64,000 nt of DNA, from NCBI GenBank assembly GCA_002772535.1, contig PFDP01000003.1, positions 3,962 through 67,961 of the forward strand, written 5' to 3'. Positions 10,485-18,981 of this stretch are shown here, in pieces; the stretch's first letter is position 1; the number at the start of each line of letters is the position of its first letter. Below the pieces are notes generated by a model. That model had not been told where the DNA came from, searched no databases, and saw only the letters and a program-made list of their open reading frames with translations. Source of the DNA: Candidatus Peregrinibacteria bacterium CG10_big_fil_rev_8_21_14_0_10_36_19. Its GTDB lineage: Bacteria > Patescibacteriota > Gracilibacteria > UBA1369 > LOWO2-01-FULL-3. The position numbers and the translations under genes were made by a program.

Positions 10485-10726
10485 ATATTTTTATACAAAT
10501 TTTCATTTCTTTTACCAATTTTTACAAATTCAACTTCTTTTTTTGAGTTGATTATAAATATTATTCTATATTTTCCTATTCTTAATCTATAACTACTATT
10601 TTTTCCATGTAGTTTTTTAATTCCTGGCAAGTCTAAAACACCACTTTGTAACTTTTCCATTATAATAATAAAAATTTGCCTTTCTTTCTTATTTAAACTT
10701 CTCAAAAATTTTTCAATTTCATTCAT
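10481..10726 (-). CDS. RelE/ParE-family type II toxin
   Basis: 81 aa. The C-terminal SSYRLRIGKYRIIFIINSKKEVEFVKIGKRNENLY is typical of RelE/StbE-like toxins. Its start overlaps the upstream antitoxin stop by 8 nt. Confidence 0.6.
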   Translation of the reverse strand: MNEIEKFLRSLNKKERQIFIIIMEKLQSGVLDLPGIKKLHGKNSSYRLRIGKYRIIFIINSKKEVEFVKIGKRNENLYKNI

Positions 10727-10994
10727 TATCTATTTGCTTTAGCATTTCTAACATCTCATTCAGTCCAATCCCTTTTCCTTTATTATCTCTATCAGCATCA
10801 AAAATGATCTCTTCATTTTCTAAATCATTTATTGTTACAGGTGTGATAATAATTTTATTAGATACAATTTTTAGCAGAAAATTATCAGTGTTAAATTGAC
10901 TTCTCCATTGCTTAGGAAGTGTTATTTGCCCTCTTTCTGTTGATTTTATTATTTTTGAAGTCATATTGTTAAAATAAGAAATACTTATTTTCAT
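10719..10994 (-). CDS. AbrB/SpoVT-type antitoxin
   Basis: 91 aa. ERGQITLPKQWRSQF is the swapped-hairpin AbrB/MazE-type DNA-binding motif. It sits immediately upstream of the RelE-like gene. An alternative start at ATG 10964 (MTSKII...) is possible. Confidence 0.5.
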   Translation of the reverse strand: MKISISYFNNMTSKIIKSTERGQITLPKQWRSQFNTDNFLLKIVSNKIIITPVTINDLENEEIIFDADRDNKGKGIGLNEMLEMLKQIDNE

Positions 10995-11003
10995 ATTATC
11001 ATA

Positions 11004-12182
11004 TCAAGCGCCATAATTCAAAGTAGCCTTACCATGTACGGACTTTATACTATCTACAGCCATAAATAGTCTATCAGCCCGACTACTATCCTCAAACAAA
11101 CTTAAATTATAGTTTTGCACCAATCCAGAAACTCCCATTCCAATTAACCTCACCACTTCACCCTTCTGATGATTTGCTAAAAAAAGATCGCATATTAGTG
11201 GAAAAAGTTCTTTATCAGAAGATGCTAAAATTCCAAGGTTTTTTTGAATACTAATATCTCTATAGCCCTGTTTTTGGCCAAAGCTATTTTTATATCGTAC
11301 TTTAATAAAAATAGTACTAGCTTTCATTTCATATAATCTCAATTTTGAAAAAACTTGAACAGACAATTCTTTCAAAGCTTCTATACACATTTTTTCAGAA
11401 TTTACAGCTTCATAAAAAGTGTGTTCTTTGGATATAGATTTAGGCAAACTTTTATCAGGGTTTACTTCTCCATCGTCCATTCCTTTGCATTTTTTCCATA
11501 GAGTAATACCTTTAATACCAAATATTTCTATAACTTCTGAAAAGTGCAATTTTGCAATGTCACCAATTTTTTTAAATCCATAACGATCTAAAACTTCAAA
11601 TGTTTTTGGGCCAACTCCGGGCAAACTTCTTAAACTTAGTGGTGCTAAAAATCCTTTCTCGCTACCAGCAGGGACTACTGTTAATTTATGTGGCTTGTTC
11701 ATACTAGAGGCCACTTTTGCAACAGTTTTAGTAGTAGAGAGTCCACATGAGGCAGAGAGACCAAGTTTCTTATATATTTCAACTAAAATAGATTTAGCTA
11801 TTTCAGCAGGATCCCCTTTAATTCCTGTGATGTCTAAATATGCTTCGTCAATAGATACCATTTCAACATCAGGAGTAAATTTGCAAAATATTTCATACAT
11901 TCTCTTAGAAAAACTCCTATAAGCTTCGAAATTACCATTCACCACTATTGCATGAGGACATTGTTTTTTAGCTAAATACATAGCCATACCAGCTTTGATT
12001 CCAAATTTTCTTGCCTCATAACTAGCTGCCGAAACAATACCTTTTTTTTCACTAGGTCCTCCAACCAACACAGCTTTACCTTTTAAAGTTGGATTAAGTA
12101 CTTGTTCCACAGAGGCAAAAAAAGCGTCTGCATCTATGTGTAGAATATGACGCTTTCTTTGTTGTAATTTAAGTTCAAACAT
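11004..12182 (-). CDS. dinB: DNA polymerase IV (Y-family translesion polymerase)
   Basis: 392 aa. ILHIDADAFFASVEQ, the SIDEAYLDIT catalytic motif, and HhH/little-finger regions (LPGVGPKT). Confidence 0.9.
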   Translation of the reverse strand: MFELKLQQRKRHILHIDADAFFASVEQVLNPTLKGKAVLVGGPSEKKGIVSAASYEARKFGIKAGMAMYLAKKQCPHAIVVNGNFEAYRSFSKRMYEIFCKFTPDVEMVSIDEAYLDITGIKGDPAEIAKSILVEIYKKLGLSASCGLSTTKTVAKVASSMNKPHKLTVVPAGSEKGFLAPLSLRSLPGVGPKTFEVLDRYGFKKIGDIAKLHFSEVIEIFGIKGITLWKKCKGMDDGEVNPDKSLPKSISKEHTFYEAVNSEKMCIEALKELSVQVFSKLRLYEMKASTIFIKVRYKNSFGQKQGYRDISIQKNLGILASSDKELFPLICDLFLANHQKGEVVRLIGMGVSGLVQNYNLSLFEDSSRADRLFMAVDSIKSVHGKATLNYGA

Positions 12183-12184
12183 AA

Positions 12185-12385
12185 TTAGTACATTGCCATT
12201 TGACCATCAAGGTAGTAGTGCTTTGGCGTAATAGATTTCTTAATTACTTTTACTTTTTGCCACAAACTAGCTCTTTTAATTTCGGTATTTCTTTTCCATC
12301 CGCGAGCTGGATCCATCTTTTTTTTGTGGATACGAACCTTAGATTTATTTTTAAGTGATGTGTTGATTGTTAATGTAATGAACAT
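12185..12385 (-). CDS. Small highly basic hypothetical protein
   Basis: 66-aa ORF rich in K/R. Its stop lies 2 nt before the dinB ATG, an arrangement that looks translationally coupled. No family recognised, so coding status is uncertain. Confidence 0.35.
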   Translation of the reverse strand: MFITLTINTSLKNKSKVRIHKKKMDPARGWKRNTEIKRASLWQKVKVIKKSITPKHYYLDGQMAMY

Positions 12386-12454
12386 AGTAAATAAGGGTTA
12401 GGTGAATAAGGTCAGCTAAAGCTGGTTTTTAAGTTTTCTATTTTGAATTAATTT

Positions 12455-13069
12455 TTAGTAGTACTGTCTTATTAAAGTTTTGACGACTCCTTGTATGTAT
12501 AAATCATTATCAGGGTATATATCTTTGTAATCTTTATTTTCCGCTTTTAGGTAAGTTTTACCTTCTTTAATAATCAATCTCTTTAAAGTATTTGACCCAT
12601 CAACTAATGCTACAACAATATCGCCGTTTTTTGCTTGTTTTTTTGTATCTACAAGCACTAAATCTCCTTCATATATTCCAGCATCTATCATGCTATTACC
12701 AGTTACTGTTAGTAAGAAATAATCTTCAGAGTTTGAAACCATTTCTTCGCCTATGTTCATATAACCTTCTATGTATTCTTCCGAAAGCACAGGGCCACCA
12801 GCAGGTATCATTCCAAGGATTGGAAGTCTGAATGAACCTCCACTTAATTTTTCTTTTACAGTATCTAGTAGTCCAATTCCGCGAGGTGTATCGTCTTTTT
12901 GGATAAAGCCTTTTTCTTCTAAAGCTTTCAAGTGTTTTAAAATACTATTATCAGATGCTACTCCGAAATGTTCTTTCATTTCGCGGATAGTAGGAGATTT
13001 TCCATACTCCATTTGGTACTCTCTTATGAAGGTTAGTACCGCCTCCTGTTTGTCTGTTAATATTTCCAT
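12455..13069 (-). CDS. lexA: LexA repressor (S24 peptidase)
   Basis: Winged-helix N-terminus (KSPTIREMKEHFGVASDNSILKHLKALEEKGFI), Ala-Gly cleavage region (MIPAGGP), and an S24 Ser/Lys dyad context (VTGNSMIDAG ... TLKRL). I place the start at ATG 13069 (MEILTDKQ...). The track ORF start at 13129 would run through a promoter/operator-like sequence. Confidence 0.85.
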   Translation of the reverse strand: MEILTDKQEAVLTFIREYQMEYGKSPTIREMKEHFGVASDNSILKHLKALEEKGFIQKDDTPRGIGLLDTVKEKLSGGSFRLPILGMIPAGGPVLSEEYIEGYMNIGEEMVSNSEDYFLLTVTGNSMIDAGIYEGDLVLVDTKKQAKNGDIVVALVDGSNTLKRLIIKEGKTYLKAENKDYKDIYPDNDLYIQGVVKTLIRQYY

Positions 13070-13091
13070 ATTTTTCTTGGGTAAGTGTATG

Positions 13092-13129
13092 CTCACCATT
13101 AATATAGGTGAGGACGCACTCACCGTCAA
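13092..13129 (-). promoter_or_regulatory. Putative lexA promoter with overlapping inverted-repeat operator
   Basis: The minus strand reads TTGACG-gtgagtgcgtcctcacc-TATATT: a -35, a 17-nt spacer and a -10. GGTGAG-N6-CTCACC fills the spacer, and CTCACC-N9-GGTGAG spans the -10. Confidence 0.45.
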
Positions 13130-13168
13130 TAGTAAAATTCAAAAAAAGTTTAAAAAGGCTTTTTGATG

Positions 13169-13681
13169 CTAAAAATTTATCTTAGAAATGGCTTTATATT
13201 TAGCTAAAAAGCACACTGACCGCATCCATAACGCACTCCTTCTAATATTGAAGTGGTCAATTTTAAAATTAAATTCATCCAGACAATTGCTTATTTTTTC
13301 ATTCAGTTCCATTATTTCTTTTTTGTACTCTAAAAAATCCATGTCCGTTGATCCAGCACTAAAACTTAATATTTCCATTAATTTATCCGCATAAAGTTTT
13401 TCAGCTTTTGCCTTCACCTCATCTGGAAAATATATTTTGCGAGCACTGTCGCGCGCATCAATTGCTTTATTAACTAATCCCTCTTCTATCCCGTACCTTC
13501 TCAAAATTTCTACCACCCCAGGAAGTAAATCATGCCTTTTTCTTAAATATTCATCAATTTCAGACCAAATTTTTTCGATTTCTTTTCGCATACCCATTGC
13601 ATATCTCAGAGCTACTATAAGCCACATTAATATAATAAATAATGTAGAACCAAAAACTAAATAAAAACTATTAATGGTCAT
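13169..13681 (-). CDS. lemA: LemA family membrane protein
   Basis: 170 aa. N-terminal TM helix, then IEKIWSEIDEYLRKRHDLLPGVVE and C-terminal FNFKIDHFN, resembling LemA conserved blocks. Confidence 0.55.
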   Translation of the reverse strand: MTINSFYLVFGSTLFIILMWLIVALRYAMGMRKEIEKIWSEIDEYLRKRHDLLPGVVEILRRYGIEEGLVNKAIDARDSARKIYFPDEVKAKAEKLYADKLMEILSFSAGSTDMDFLEYKKEIMELNEKISNCLDEFNFKIDHFNIRRSALWMRSVCFLAKYKAISKINF

Positions 13682-13683
13682 TT

Positions 13684-14766
13684 TTAAGAGTTTAAAAGAT
13701 TTTTAATAATCTCTACACTTGTAATCCAATTATATTTTTCCTTATTTTTCAAAGCTTCCGTAATAAGTTTATTACGCACCCTTATTCCTTTCATTTTTTT
13801 CAGAGCCTCAGCAAGTTTTCCAGGTTTAAGATTTATTAACAATGCAGCATCTTTATAAAGTTCTTTATGAACTTCTATATCAGAAATTATTGCTGGAATA
13901 CCTCTATTCTCTGCCTCTAAAATTGGAACATTAAAGCCTTCGGATTCGGATAAATTTACAAAACAAAAACAATGAGTGTACAAAGCTGCTAAAGTTTCCT
14001 GATCAAGCACCCCAGTACTAACAATATTTTCTCCTTCAAAAGAAGTTTGTTTTCCTCCAACCAAACATAGTGGCATATCAAAACCTGATGCCTTATATTC
14101 CGAAACCAAAAATTTTACATTTTTTCTAACATCAAAACCTCCAACATAAAGAACATATTTTCCTATCGATAGTTTTAATTTTTTCAAAATTTTGTCTGAT
14201 TTTTCAGTAACTAAATTTTTCTTATAAGTATCCGCAACATCATTATAAGCAACAAATATTTTCTTTTTACTAACTCCGCATACTTTAGCAATCATCTTTT
14301 TTGAAGTCTCAGAAACCGTAAGTATTTTATCTGCTGATTTGACAGCTTTTTTAGTCTGCCAGTGGTATAAACCAGACATCACACCATGTAAATAGCGCCT
14401 GTCTGTCCAAGGAATTACATCATGAACAACCACTAAAGTTTTAATACCTTTTTCAAGCCAGCTAAAAGACCACGGATTACAAGGGTAGGGAAAGATTGCT
14501 GCATCAACTTCCATTTTTTCAAAAAATGCAGGAACTTTAATTTGCTCCCAATGAGTTTTTTTCATTCCAGCACTGCCAAACGCCATTTCTGGTACAACTT
14601 CAATTTTTACATTTTTAGGGAAATCAAATTTAACCTTTTGTGGAACACAAACAGTATATTCAGATTCACTATCAATTTTCGGCAAAATTTTAAGAAGATT
14701 TAAAGTGTACTGACCAATGCCAGTATTTGGGTGTAACAAAAATCTTCCATTTATACCTATTCTCAT
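13684..14766 (-). CDS. Glycosyltransferase, GT-B fold (family 1/4)
   Basis: 360 aa. The C-terminal E-x7-E-type motif SESEGFNVPILEAENRGIPAIISD is typical of GT4 enzymes. Confidence 0.7.
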   Translation of the reverse strand: MRIGINGRFLLHPNTGIGQYTLNLLKILPKIDSESEYTVCVPQKVKFDFPKNVKIEVVPEMAFGSAGMKKTHWEQIKVPAFFEKMEVDAAIFPYPCNPWSFSWLEKGIKTLVVVHDVIPWTDRRYLHGVMSGLYHWQTKKAVKSADKILTVSETSKKMIAKVCGVSKKKIFVAYNDVADTYKKNLVTEKSDKILKKLKLSIGKYVLYVGGFDVRKNVKFLVSEYKASGFDMPLCLVGGKQTSFEGENIVSTGVLDQETLAALYTHCFCFVNLSESEGFNVPILEAENRGIPAIISDIEVHKELYKDAALLINLKPGKLAEALKKMKGIRVRNKLITEALKNKEKYNWITSVEIIKNLLNS

Positions 14767-15803
14767 CTTTTTTGTTTAAGGATTAAGTCTACAATTTGAG
14801 TTGTGCCATTTTCAATGTCGGCAGTTTTATTCATATTATTTTTTTCAGCCATCATTACCGCGTTAATAAAATCTCCTTTCAACATATTACCACTTAAAAC
14901 AGACCAACCCAACTTTCCTGCAAAAACTTCGGCATTTAAATTTTGCTCACCTCGTCCTGTATTAAGAGGTATAATAAGAGCCTTTTTCTTCATATAAGCC
15001 AATTCGAAAAGACTATTAGCCCCCCCTCTCGTAACAACCAAGTCTGCAGCAGCATAGACATCAAAAAGTTCTTTATCTATATATTCAAATTGAGCATAGC
15101 CTCTTGATTTTATTCCAATATTTAAATTTCCTCTTCCTCGAATATGTACAATTTGGAATTTTTTCAACAGCTCATCTAAGCTTTCATCCACAATTTTATT
15201 TATTTGCATAGCCCCTTGGCTTCCACCCATAACAAGCAATACTGGCCTATAATTATCAAACCCACAAAACTTCAGTCCAGCATCTTTATTGCCATGAATT
15301 TTTCTTATAGGCGATCCAGTTACAACAACTTTTTTTTGCAACTTCAAACTCAAATATTTTTTTGTTTCTGAAAAACTTAAACAAATTAAATCAGCAAATT
15401 TGAAACACAGGCTATTTGCAAGACCAACACTTACATCAGATTCATGTACTATTATTGGGATTTTGAGAGCTCTAGCAGCGAGTGCAACTGGTACGCTCAC
15501 ATAACCACCTTTACTAAAAACAACTTCAGCACGAAATTTTTTTAATACATTAATTGCTTCCAAAAAACCCATTGGAACTTTTACGATGTCTAAAAAATTT
15601 TGCCAAGAAAAGTATCTTCTTAATTTTCCAACATGAACACCAGCGTATTGAACGCCTTCTTTTTCCATCATTTTTTTTTCCACGCCATCTACCGAACCAA
15701 TATATAAGATATCATGCCCCCCACGCCTTCTAATATCTTCTATAATGGCTACGTTCGGTACTACGTGTCCGCCTGTCCCTCCCCCTGTTAAGACTACTCG
15801 CAT
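14763..15803 (-). CDS. murG: UDP-GlcNAc:lipid I N-acetylglucosaminyltransferase MurG
   Basis: 346 aa. N-terminal MRVVLTGGGTGGHVVPNVAI, GGSQGA, and a C-terminal TRGGANSLFE-like motif. Adjacent to ftsW. Confidence 0.9.
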   Translation of the reverse strand: MRVVLTGGGTGGHVVPNVAIIEDIRRRGGHDILYIGSVDGVEKKMMEKEGVQYAGVHVGKLRRYFSWQNFLDIVKVPMGFLEAINVLKKFRAEVVFSKGGYVSVPVALAARALKIPIIVHESDVSVGLANSLCFKFADLICLSFSETKKYLSLKLQKKVVVTGSPIRKIHGNKDAGLKFCGFDNYRPVLLVMGGSQGAMQINKIVDESLDELLKKFQIVHIRGRGNLNIGIKSRGYAQFEYIDKELFDVYAAADLVVTRGGANSLFELAYMKKKALIIPLNTGRGEQNLNAEVFAGKLGWSVLSGNMLKGDFINAVMMAEKNNMNKTADIENGTTQIVDLILKQKR

Positions 15804-16941
15804 AATAATTTGTATGTTGAGAAATATTTAAAAGTATACCAATTCCCACCAAAGAAGCCACCAAAGATGACCCTCCATAGCTTACGAAAGGTAAAGTGAT
15901 TCCGGTAACCGGTGCTAATGCAGTGTTTACAGCAATATTTACAAAAGCTTGCACACAAATCCAAGTTGTAATGCCTATTGCCATGTACATTTCAAAATTA
16001 CTACCAGCATGTTTAGCAATGGTAAATCCTCTTAGTGAAATTACAAAATAAGCTAGTACCACAAAAATAATTCTAATAAATCCAAGTTCTTCTGAAGATG
16101 CTGCAAAGATAAAATCGTCAGATGCTTGAGGAAGCCAGTAAGATTTTTGCACTCCCTGTGTTAATCCCTTCCCCCAAAATCCACCTGTTGCAACCGCTAT
16201 ATTAGCCTGCTGCGATTGCCAACAATAATCTTCCAAACACTCGGAATCTACGCTCATAAATCCTTGGAATCTTTCCCTAACATGAGAAACGGTTGAAATA
16301 ACAACAATCGCACAAAGTACAGCAACCAGAAATGCCATTCCTAAATGCCTTAATCTGGCACCAGCAACGAAATACATTGTTCCACAAATAATTGCAATTA
16401 CCATGGTTGCACCGTAATCATTTTGTAAAACCATTGGTAAAAGCATAATCCCAGAAAGAATTGAAAAAGGTATAAAACCATCTCTAAAATCTTCCAATTG
16501 CTCGGTTTTTTTCTGACTCAACCAATAAGCCAAATATACAATGATCGCCAACTTTGCAAATTCAGATGGTTGCAAAGAGGTGTTAAAAAGTACAATCCAG
16601 TTTGTTGCAATTGTTCCAAAACTGCTTCCAAAAACAACCACCGCAAATGAAAGTAGAGCCACTCCTCCATATAAAACTGGAGAGATTTTTTTCCAAAACT
16701 TCAAAGGAAATTTAAAGGCAATAAAAAAAGCCACGAACGCTATACCTAATCTAACTATATGTTTTTTAAATAAAAGATAACAGTCCACATTTTCATCTCC
16801 GCAATTTGGATAAAGCACATCAGGGGCAGATAAAGATATTGATTTTGGAACTCCAATACTTGTAATCATTACAAGTCCAAATATTAACAAAAACAGAACG
16901 GAAAGCGCCAAAACTGTATCAAATTTGAGGGGATATTTCAT
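15730..16941 (-). CDS. ftsW: SEDS-family peptidoglycan polymerase FtsW/RodA
   Basis: 403 aa, polytopic. QPSEFAKLAIIVYLA, the LPQASDDFIFAASSEELGF block and LPFVSYGGSSL are SEDS signatures. The basic C-terminal tail overlaps murG by 74 nt. Confidence 0.8.
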   Translation of the reverse strand: MKYPLKFDTVLALSVLFLLIFGLVMITSIGVPKSISLSAPDVLYPNCGDENVDCYLLFKKHIVRLGIAFVAFFIAFKFPLKFWKKISPVLYGGVALLSFAVVVFGSSFGTIATNWIVLFNTSLQPSEFAKLAIIVYLAYWLSQKKTEQLEDFRDGFIPFSILSGIMLLPMVLQNDYGATMVIAIICGTMYFVAGARLRHLGMAFLVAVLCAIVVISTVSHVRERFQGFMSVDSECLEDYCWQSQQANIAVATGGFWGKGLTQGVQKSYWLPQASDDFIFAASSEELGFIRIIFVVLAYFVISLRGFTIAKHAGSNFEMYMAIGITTWICVQAFVNIAVNTALAPVTGITLPFVSYGGSSLVASLVGIGILLNISQHTNYYASSLNRGRDRRTRSTERSHYRRY

Positions 16942-16989
16942 GAAAGCATATTACTGGTTTTATCTTCTCAGAGCAATTATAATAGGACC

Positions 16990-17394
16990 ATGAAAAAATA
17001 TATTATAAAGATCTCAGTAGCTACAATTATCCTTATCTTCTTAGATCAAATAAGTAAGTATTGGGCAGTAAAAAACATTGCCTTCGTTTATAACCCTGGA
17101 GTTGCTTTTGGTATACACGTTCCAAAAACACTACTCATTGCTTCAACTTTTGTGTTGCTTATTACTCTTTTTGTTGTGGCTATAAAAGAATTTAATCTTC
17201 AAAAAAAACTGTCTCAAGCAACAATTTCTCTTGTTGCCGCAGGAGGAGCATCTAATTTATTAGATCGTTTCACCTATGGTGCTGTGGTAGATTTTATAGA
17301 TCCAAAAATATGGCCTGTGTTTAATTTTGCCGATGTTTTTATTATTGTTGGTGTGCTATCAATAATTTTCTTCTACGAAAAACTAAAGAGATAA
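16990..17394 (+). CDS. lspA: Lipoprotein signal peptidase (signal peptidase II)
   Basis: 134 aa, 4 TM. YNPGVAFG and VFNFADVFIIVG motifs. Confidence 0.8.
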   Translation: MKKYIIKISVATIILIFLDQISKYWAVKNIAFVYNPGVAFGIHVPKTLLIASTFVLLITLFVVAIKEFNLQKKLSQATISLVAAGGASNLLDRFTYGAVVDFIDPKIWPVFNFADVFIIVGVLSIIFFYEKLKR

Positions 17395-18168
17395 ACCTTT
17401 TTCTAAAGCTTGTTTCATAACTTCATATGGTGCCTCCATACCAGTCCAAATTTTAAATTGCTCCATTGCTTGATAAAGAAGCATTTTCTCTCCAGTTACT
17501 ATTTTTTTCCCCATTTCAGAAGCCTTTTTTAACAGGGGGGTAATTAAAGGTTTATAAATAATATCCATCACTGTATCCACTTGCTCTAAAACTTCCTCAG
17601 AAATTAAATCTTCCAAAACTGCAGATGGGTTTATTGTCCATATTGAAGTGCTTTGTATTAAAACATCAAAGGGGCCACTAATTTTTTCCAATCCAAAACC
17701 ATTTCCTCCAGCCAAAAGAGTGGCTTTAGACTTATCTCTATTAAAAACAAACACATTTGCGCCAGCTTTTGAAAGTCCATAAAAGATTGCTTTTGCACTT
17801 CCGCCTGCCCCAAGCAATGCAATTTTTTTATCTGACACATCTCCAAGAGCTTTTAATGCACCGATGTAGTCAGTGTTGTAACCAAAAAGTTTTCCATTTC
17901 TATTCACAACTGTATTGAGGGCCCCAATTTTTAAGCATGCTTCATCAAGCACATCAACTTTATTCATTAATATTTCTTTATATGGCAGAGAAACCGAAAA
18001 GCCAGCCAAATTTTTTCTCGCATCCTCTAAAAAAGCATCTAAGTTATCTTCGGCTACATCAAAAATTTCGTAACTAGCATCAATTTCCAATGCCTTAAAG
18101 GAGGCATTATGCATTATTGGTGAAAGAGAATGATTAGCCGGATGTGCCAAAATACCATATTTTTTCAT
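17383..18168 (-). CDS. aroE: Shikimate 5-dehydrogenase
   Basis: 261 aa. GILAHPANHSLSPIMHNASF, SVSLPYK, and the NADP-binding LLGAGGSAKA motif. Confidence 0.8.
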   Translation of the reverse strand: MKKYGILAHPANHSLSPIMHNASFKALEIDASYEIFDVAEDNLDAFLEDARKNLAGFSVSLPYKEILMNKVDVLDEACLKIGALNTVVNRNGKLFGYNTDYIGALKALGDVSDKKIALLGAGGSAKAIFYGLSKAGANVFVFNRDKSKATLLAGGNGFGLEKISGPFDVLIQSTSIWTINPSAVLEDLISEEVLEQVDTVMDIIYKPLITPLLKKASEMGKKIVTGEKMLLYQAMEQFKIWTGMEAPYEVMKQALEKGLSL

Positions 18169-18289
18169 GCCAAAAGGTTAGCACATTACTAGTAAAAAGC
18201 CAGTTCTTAAGCTTTTAAGCTTGATTAGTTTTGTAATAGACATTATTATCGCCACCTAGTAAACTGGACTAAATTACCAATTTATAAAA

Positions 18290-18979
18290 ATGTCTGAAGA
18301 TCTTTCAATTTTTGATATAGCAGGGCCAGTAATGGTAGGGCCATCTAGTTCTCATACGGCAGGAGCCTGCAAAATTGGTCAATTTGCTAGAGCCCTTTTT
18401 CATGCCACCCCAACAGAGGTGGTGTTTTATTTACATGGTTCTTTTGGTGAAGTTTATAAAGGACATGCCACAGATAGGGCATTGCTTGGAGGAGTAATGA
18501 AGTTTCAAACAAGCGATCCTCGTATTCGTGATGCCTTTGAAATAGCCAAAGAAAAAAATCTCAAATATGAATTTATAGTTAAAGACCTTGGTGAGAATGC
18601 TCATCCAAATACAGTAAAAATTGTTCTTAAGAATGAAAATTCAAAAATGTCTGTAACAGGTTCTTCAATTGGTGGAGGCATGATTGAAATTACTAAAGTG
18701 GATAATTTTGATGTTTTGTTACATGGGCGTGCAGGTAAATATTTATCACTTGTTGCGCAATTAGATCACAATGATGAATGTCTCTTAAATTTCCAAAAGC
18801 ATATAAATAAACTTGAAGATATTAGTGTTGCAGCTATTGATAAGAGTGATTTTAAGAAAAAAACTCTAGCCGTTATTTCTCTTGAGGGACGACGCATTAA
18901 ACTTTCAGAAGTTATTGAATTAGAAAAATTAGAAGGCGTAGACTTTGTACGCTCATTATCAAAACTTGAAACCCAATAA
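18290..18979 (+). CDS. sdaAB: L-serine dehydratase (Fe-S dependent), beta subunit
   Basis: 229 aa. FDIAGPVMVGPSSSHTAGACKIG N-terminus and an ACT-like C-terminal region. Followed directly by the alpha subunit. Confidence 0.85.
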   Translation: MSEDLSIFDIAGPVMVGPSSSHTAGACKIGQFARALFHATPTEVVFYLHGSFGEVYKGHATDRALLGGVMKFQTSDPRIRDAFEIAKEKNLKYEFIVKDLGENAHPNTVKIVLKNENSKMSVTGSSIGGGMIEITKVDNFDVLLHGRAGKYLSLVAQLDHNDECLLNFQKHINKLEDISVAAIDKSDFKKKTLAVISLEGRRIKLSEVIELEKLEGVDFVRSLSKLETQ

Positions 18980-18981
18980 AT

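Noticed and set aside
13070-13129. Longer LexA N-terminus (MTVSASSPILMVSIHLPKKN...) given by the track ORF
   Set aside because: The extension is not LexA-like and it overlaps a near-consensus -35/-10 pair with inverted repeats. ATG 13069 gives the normal LexA N-terminus.
18205-18232. Tandem TTAAGCTT words (cttaagcttttaagcttg) in the aroE/sdaAB divergent spacer
   Set aside because: It is a short, single occurrence with no partner structure or conserved riboswitch-like context that I can recognise. It is probably incidental AT-rich promoter sequence.
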